Under the pieces are notes generated by a model. That model was not told where the DNA came from. It ran no database searches and worked only from the letters and a program-made list of their open reading frames with translations. A DNA stretch of 62,987 bases, counting the filler, from Licmophora abbreviata (taxonomy: Eukaryota): NCBI GenBank assembly GCA_900291995.1. It is 29 parts of 29 records of this genome, joined end to end, with 100 filler letters (N's around TTAATTAATTAA, not from the genome) between each part and the next. Parts side by side here need not be neighbours in the genome. Positions count along the whole stretch, not along the records: positions 57,716 to 59,495 come from OLMU01006388.1; positions 59,596 to 60,672 come from OLMU01006389.1; positions 60,773 to 62,987 come from OLMU01006390.1; 26 more parts are not named here. One strand, written 5' to 3'. Shown here one piece after another: positions 57,616-62,987 of this stretch (position 1 is the first letter of the stretch; the number at the start of each line of letters is the position of its first letter). The position numbers and the translations under genes were made by a program.

Positions 57616-59595
57616 NNNNNNNNNNNNNNNNNNNNNNNNNNNNNNNNNNNNNNNNNNNNTTAATTAATTAANNNNNNNNNNNNNNNNNNNNNNNNNNNNN
57701 NNNNNNNNNNNNNNNGAAAGAGGATTGGATTTGATTCGATTTGCCGTCGCCCCTTCGCACTCACAATCATCAATCACCTTCAAACCTGCAGCCAGGCCTC
57801 AATGACTACTTTTACTTTTGCGTTGTTATTTTTTAAACTTCGAGCTATGATCGACCGTGTAGCTCGTAGCAATGCTTGGCGCGCCAGAATTTTCCAGATT
57901 GAAGATGGCGTCCGATGTCCAATGACACCGAAACTTGCCACCGACGACACTGTGATCCCATCACATCAGCAGAATGTGTTGCTGTCAGGCCACAAGAGTG
58001 CTACATATATTCTAGGAGACGTCTCTTTGACCGTCATTGCAACAAGAAGATAGGAGACGTTTGTCCTTGAGGCGTTCCAACATGAAGCGCAAACATGATT
58101 GTCCGCCGAAGTACGATGACGTTCATTACAAACGCGCTCAGGCGGCTGCGACAATCTCCTGTGGCAAGTCGCCAAGAGCGTCTTGCAAGATGGAAGGTTC
58201 GTCAGCCAAAAAGGTGTGTTGGGGGTGAAAACAGGCTAACCTTCTTACTACAAGCGTAAACGCATGGATGGATGGCGAGTGGATTTGCACCAATTCCAAT
58301 CGATCGCCACGGCTGCCTACAAGGCACGCAAGATTGGCAAAGCTGTGTACGATGCTTGCGTACGCATCTACGACATTCTAAAAGCGGCACCCTGTTCACA
58401 AACAAAACCAGACAACCTACTTGAGGGGAAGTACTTGTGTGTCTCCCTGTCGGCTCTGTCTGCTGCCGTTTTTGGGTCATCTAATTCGACCTTCCTTTCC
58501 GTGTCTATGATCATCTGCGCAGGCTACAACACCTAAGCTCACCATCAGCAACCGCTAAGACCAAGTCCACCACCACCCATTCCAAGAGCACCGATGAGGC
58601 AGACAGAAAAGTTCCTAACACTACCAGTCTTCTGAAGGCCTTCAAGGAAATTGATGCCTTGGAGTGGCCCAAGACCATGTGGAACAAAGCAGATGGCAAA
58701 ATCCATAGAAACAGGAACAGCTTTCCTACTATCCTCAGAAATGTTAGGGGCTTGTTTGCCTACTTTGTTGCTTTTCAGAGGTACCCCTGAAAGGAAGTCC
58801 CATCTATGATAAAGATTTGTTCAATAAGACATGTGAAATGTTTGTGGCGACCGATGTAAAAGCAGGGGGAGTCTCCAGTGACTTCGCCATGTAGTTGACC
58901 AACGCCAGCATCAGGGTCAATAATGGGCGGGTTTGGTCTGGTCAAGGCAAGCCAAATGGAAGAATCTTCAAGAACCTTGTTGTTGATATTCTTCAGAACC
59001 ATGGTGTAAAACTCTAGCAACTAAAGCAAGTAAAGATGTAGCTGGTAGATTTTGTTGGTTGTACGCGCCAAATAGTAGAGCTAGTTAGCTGGATTGTACC
59101 TCCTTATTTGTCCTTAGCAAAAAGAATCCGGCTTGAGCCGTGTGGCTGGTCTCGAGCAATCGGGAATGGAGTCAGCAGAGTCGAGTCGCGAACCTGGCCG
59201 GCTGCCCCATCTACCGGTAGGAACCTACTGTCGCGATACGGGTGGTGCATACTCGTAGACTGTTCTCCATTTCTTTTTGTCTCCGATCGATCTATCCTCA
59301 ACTTCTGTGACACACGCGCTGATGGACGCTCACAATCATCACCACAATGGCAGCGCTCCCTGGTCGCGAGTCTTGCATGCCATACCACTCGATACCAGAT
59401 ACCCCATGAGCCACATTCGCCTCAATATGACGACTCCTTTCGTGGCTGTGGGCACGGTAGCTGTATCAGTCACGGCCCTGTGGCTGTTCTTCAAGNNNNN
59501 NNNNNNNNNNNNNNNNNNNNNNNNNNNNNNNNNNNNNNNTTAATTAATTAANNNNNNNNNNNNNNNNNNNNNNNNNNNNNNNNNNNNNNNNNNNN

Positions 59596-59891
59596 CGAAC
59601 GAGACGCCGGAGGCTCGTGAGCTTCTTGAGGTCCACCAAACGCATGGAAGGGCCTTGCAGACAACAGAGCCTAGCATGTCGCTTGCCCCCACGGAGTCCC
59701 CCGTGCTTGTTTGCGAAGATGACAACACCAAGGTCTCCTTTCGACGCACCTGCAGGGATCTTGCGAGGTTCTCTACCGCGAAGAAGCGTCAGTTTTGCGC
59801 GCGACAGAAAGTTCGCCGCACTTGCCCCAAGACGTGCTGCCCCAAGACCTGCAATGGCTTAAGCAAGAAGACCTGTTCGGCAGGAACGTAA
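59596..59891 (+). CDS. C-terminus of a Cys-rich extracellular-type protein (ShKT-like module after a PT/PS stalk)
   Basis: PSMSLAPTESP then CEDD..TC..C..CPKTCC. Confidence 0.5.
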
Positions 59892-60059
59892 GAATCTTTT
59901 GGCGGTCAAGATGGTGCTGACTCAATTCATATAGTGTAATGTGTTTTAGAGTAGTGAGGTTACCCTACCTGTATTCGAGGTAGGAACCTCTTCTACTTGC
60001 GGCCCCTAGAGGGCGGCTGACTGCTGTGATTGTGACTTTTGGTGTGGATCGTGTGTGGG

Positions 60060-60672
60060 TTAGTTCCTGTGTGAGGGAGCGGAGGTCGTTTTGTTGTGTT
60101 GTGTCGCCAACGTTCGATGCGTTGCTGACTTGCTGTTTGAGAGGTTTCTTGTAATATAGCGATCCATGGTATTGACTTGGCCAGATTTGCGTGGCTTGCG
60201 GGTAGTTTGTGTCGATGTAGTGGCTGGTACCTTAGAGGCTTGTGTTCTTGAAGTATTTTGGTTACTCACGCGTTGTTCATGACGGGCACGAAATAGGCGA
60301 TGGGCATTGTCGATCCATGCCTGTTGTGTTGAGAGTGGTGAATTCAGTAAGGTTTCTTTGTTGGTGAAGAGAAGTTGTTGGTCTTGTGGTGTGTAGTGTT
60401 CCTGCTCCTCAAAATATCCTGTGATCTTCTGTCGTGCTTTCTCTTTTTCCCGTGCTGCGTCCTTATCATGGAGTGATTGATTGCGCGTGGTCCATTCGTC
60501 GTCGCCGTATTTCCAGATCGCAAAGATAAGTTGACGTTTCCAGGTGAGAAGTTTTTGTGCAGCAGAGTTTGGGAAGCGTTCCTGAAGGTATAGTCGTTGG
60601 GCCTCTGCCCAGCTCCGGCTCAGAAAACCTCTGAGGCACAACTCCCAGCCAATAATATTTTGCTCCGCGATT
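60060..60672 (-). mobile_element. C-terminus of the Ambal-like LINE ORF
   Basis: QNIIGWELCLRGFLS..W..IWK..WTTRN..LH; continues the next contig. Confidence 0.7.
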
Positions 60673-60772
60673 NNNNNNNNNNNNNNNNNNNNNNNNNNNN
60701 NNNNNNNNNNNNNNNNTTAATTAATTAANNNNNNNNNNNNNNNNNNNNNNNNNNNNNNNNNNNNNNNNNNNN

Positions 60773-62987
60773 GTCGTTGTTGTGGTTATAATGAGTGTGC
60801 CAGTGGATGTGCCGTGGTACGCGCAGCCACTTGCCCAACGGTGTTGTTAGGTGATCTTTTGTATGGTTGGTGAATAGTTTCAAAGCTCTGTTCCAGAGTT
60901 TCAATTGGTAAGTCGTAGGGGGCCATTTGAATTTCGGCCAAGTCAACTTGGTCGTACTCTGGGTTGAGGGGAGGCCCTTTCTGTAGCACTCGAGTAGGTG
61001 TGTACCATCACCGGTGGTAAGATCGGATAGGAGGCACACCTGAAGATGAATCCGCACATAGTTAAGGTGTCGAAGTTCCTGCGGTCGAAAGTGAGCTGTC
61101 CGGAATTTATCCATTAAAAAGCAATCGCCTTCGCGTTGGAGTCTGATGTTCCATGTCGTGGTATGTTGAAAGGAGAGTTTGTGTTTTCCAAGGAAGTGGC
61201 GTAGCTGCATGAGCCACAATGTGTTGTCCAGGTATGGGAGGGCTGTGGTGGTGTCGTTGAGAATGTCAAAGGAGACCCCGGCTGTAAGTTGCAAGAAGCG
61301 TCGTTGGATTTCCAATAGCTGGCTGTGCAGGTTCGGTCCTTTTCCTCATATGGCCGATGTAATAAGTGATTCTGGAGATACCTGATTCGACGTACAGATT
61401 GCGGAAGTCGATGCCTGTCATTGCGAGGGGGCCGTAAACGACTGCTCTCGGCATGTTACGGTTGAGACCTGTCTTCGCGAGGAACGCTGCATTGGCTCTT
61501 GTTTGGATGGTGTTTGCTTGTTTGGGGGAGAGGGGGACGAGTGACAAGGAGAATTGTATTGCCGGGAGATACACCGCGAGGTACGCTGTCCAAGCGGCGG
61601 CCCTGGAGAGTCCGGATCGGAGGAGACGCGATGCCATCGTGTCGGCTTTTTCCTTTAGGTATTGGTGTTGGACGGCATAATTTCCGGTAGCAGTGACTCT
61701 GACTCCCAATGTGCGACGAGCCTCGTCGGCTTGGACCCTGTCGATTGAAACTGCATCGTTGGTGTGACGGTCGGGAATGATCAGATGTCTGGGGTAACCA
61801 TCCTTCTTTGCTAGTGTGGGAAGGTTTCTCGAATCTGGATGATAAGTCAGTAGAAACCAGTAGCATTTTGTGGGATTGAGTGCGCCTCCGGTGTGCCACA
61901 GTAGTTCGCTCCACGTATCGACGGTGTGTTCCATTGCCGTGATTAACGCGTCGGTGGGGTCGTCAGAGTCGTGGATGGCTTGGTGGTTGTCGTTGACGCC
62001 GGAGTTTTGGTCGTCGATGAACATCATCGCATGTATTGTCGTTGCCAGTTGTCTACTTGGATCGTGCCACCGCATGCCGAGGGTTTCGTGTGTCAAAGCA
62101 TCTAAAAGTGGAGAAGAGGTCGCCGTCCACAGGGCTGGTCCGTTGCTTGAGCCTTGACCCGGGCCTTGGGTGGGATTGGTGGGCGTTCCTCGATACCAGT
62201 TGTTGGAGATGCCATGTGCTGTTTTTACATGGTACTTCATACCGGAGAGTACTTGGTGGAAGGTTTCTATAACCTTTGGATGGACTCCAAGTCGGCGGCT
62301 GGCGAGCAACATTATGAAGTTGACCATGCGGTCATAACATGCCATTGCGTCTTTGTCTGCCAGTGCCATTTCAGAAAGAGTAAGTCGGCTCAGATCACAG
62401 TTGAGGATGCGGATAAGGGTGGGATCGGTTGTGATATGGCCTGGACGGCCACCATGTTGGGAAGGGTGCAACCAATGAAACTTCTCCGCTGTGGACATCA
62501 TCCTCCTTGACCAATGGATCTTGAGAAAAAGGTTCATGTCTGCCTCGAGCAGATGGATGATACGCACTCGGTGCAAGCGAGGGATGCCTGGGTCTTTTTC
62601 CAGTACACATTGGATTGTGACGAGCCAGCGCTCTGCAGCAAAGCCATGTTCAAAACATAAGTTGCCCATATCCGTTAGTACTTGTAACATTGCGGCGTCC
62701 TTGATCATTGCTTTGTAAATCCCTAGGTGTCTTCCTGATGGAGATGTACTGGTTGATTCTCGCCATCTTTGGATGCCCTGAGCAAACTCCTCTGTCGTAA
62801 TGGTCGCAGCGCAAATGGCTGAGCCGTCGAGTATCTCTGGTGGGGCTTCGAAGGCCTTGAGAAAGGCTGAGAGGGCGGATGATTGAGTACTGGTGGTATG
62901 CTGATAAGACCCGTGCAGGATCTCGTCGGCTGCTGGACTGAGACCAGAGTGTCCCACTTGCTTATACATGGTCGGGGTTGCAAAAGT
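60773..62987 (-). mobile_element. Ambal-like non-LTR retrotransposon RT, frameshift near 61330
   Basis: WRESTSTSPSGRHLG.YK, RIIHLLEAD, DAMACYDR, GPGQGS, MFIDD, TGGALNPTKC, RTLGV. Confidence 0.85.

Noticed and set aside
57716..59495. Short ORFs, including a possible membrane-anchored N-terminus at 59406
   Set aside because: No recognisable motifs; cannot support a call

Overview
This window is not one locus. It is 29 short contigs joined by 28 artificial 100-nt spacers (N44-TTAATTAATTAA-N44), so adjacency across a spacer means little and ORFs ending in X..X/LIN are artefacts. Most contigs look like diatom nuclear DNA, based on CoDi-type Ty1/copia elements and a bipartite ASAFAP-like plastid presequence. 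They are dominated by retroelements: several copia families, one Ty3/gypsy-like element, two families of DIRS-like tyrosine-recombinase elements, a CRE-like LINE and an Ambal-like LINE. Host genes include PRORP, SKP1, a D-cysteine desulfhydrase-family gene and a DUF5939-like gene. One AT-rich contig is mitochondrial-type, with a cox3 exon among group II introns. Two contigs are alphaproteobacterial (Rhodobacteraceae-like): fasciclin/DUF302/gmd/manC, and tRNAs plus regulators, a NYN gene and prophage genes. Best candidates for undescribed biology: (1) two diverged DIRS-like copies whose gag UAG stop is in frame with RT and is followed by a conserved three-hairpin, possibly kissing-loop, RNA element, a candidate readthrough signal; (2) a 115-aa coiled-coil plus KOW/SH3-like ORF overlapping the copia gag start by ATGGCTAA in two diverged copies; (3) a group II intron whose 5' flank is another intron's RT gene but whose 3' flank is cox3; (4) a catalytically divergent NYN gene between duplicated 3' ends of a prophage gene. 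Family names come from motif recognition only; no searches were run, so novelty is unconfirmed.
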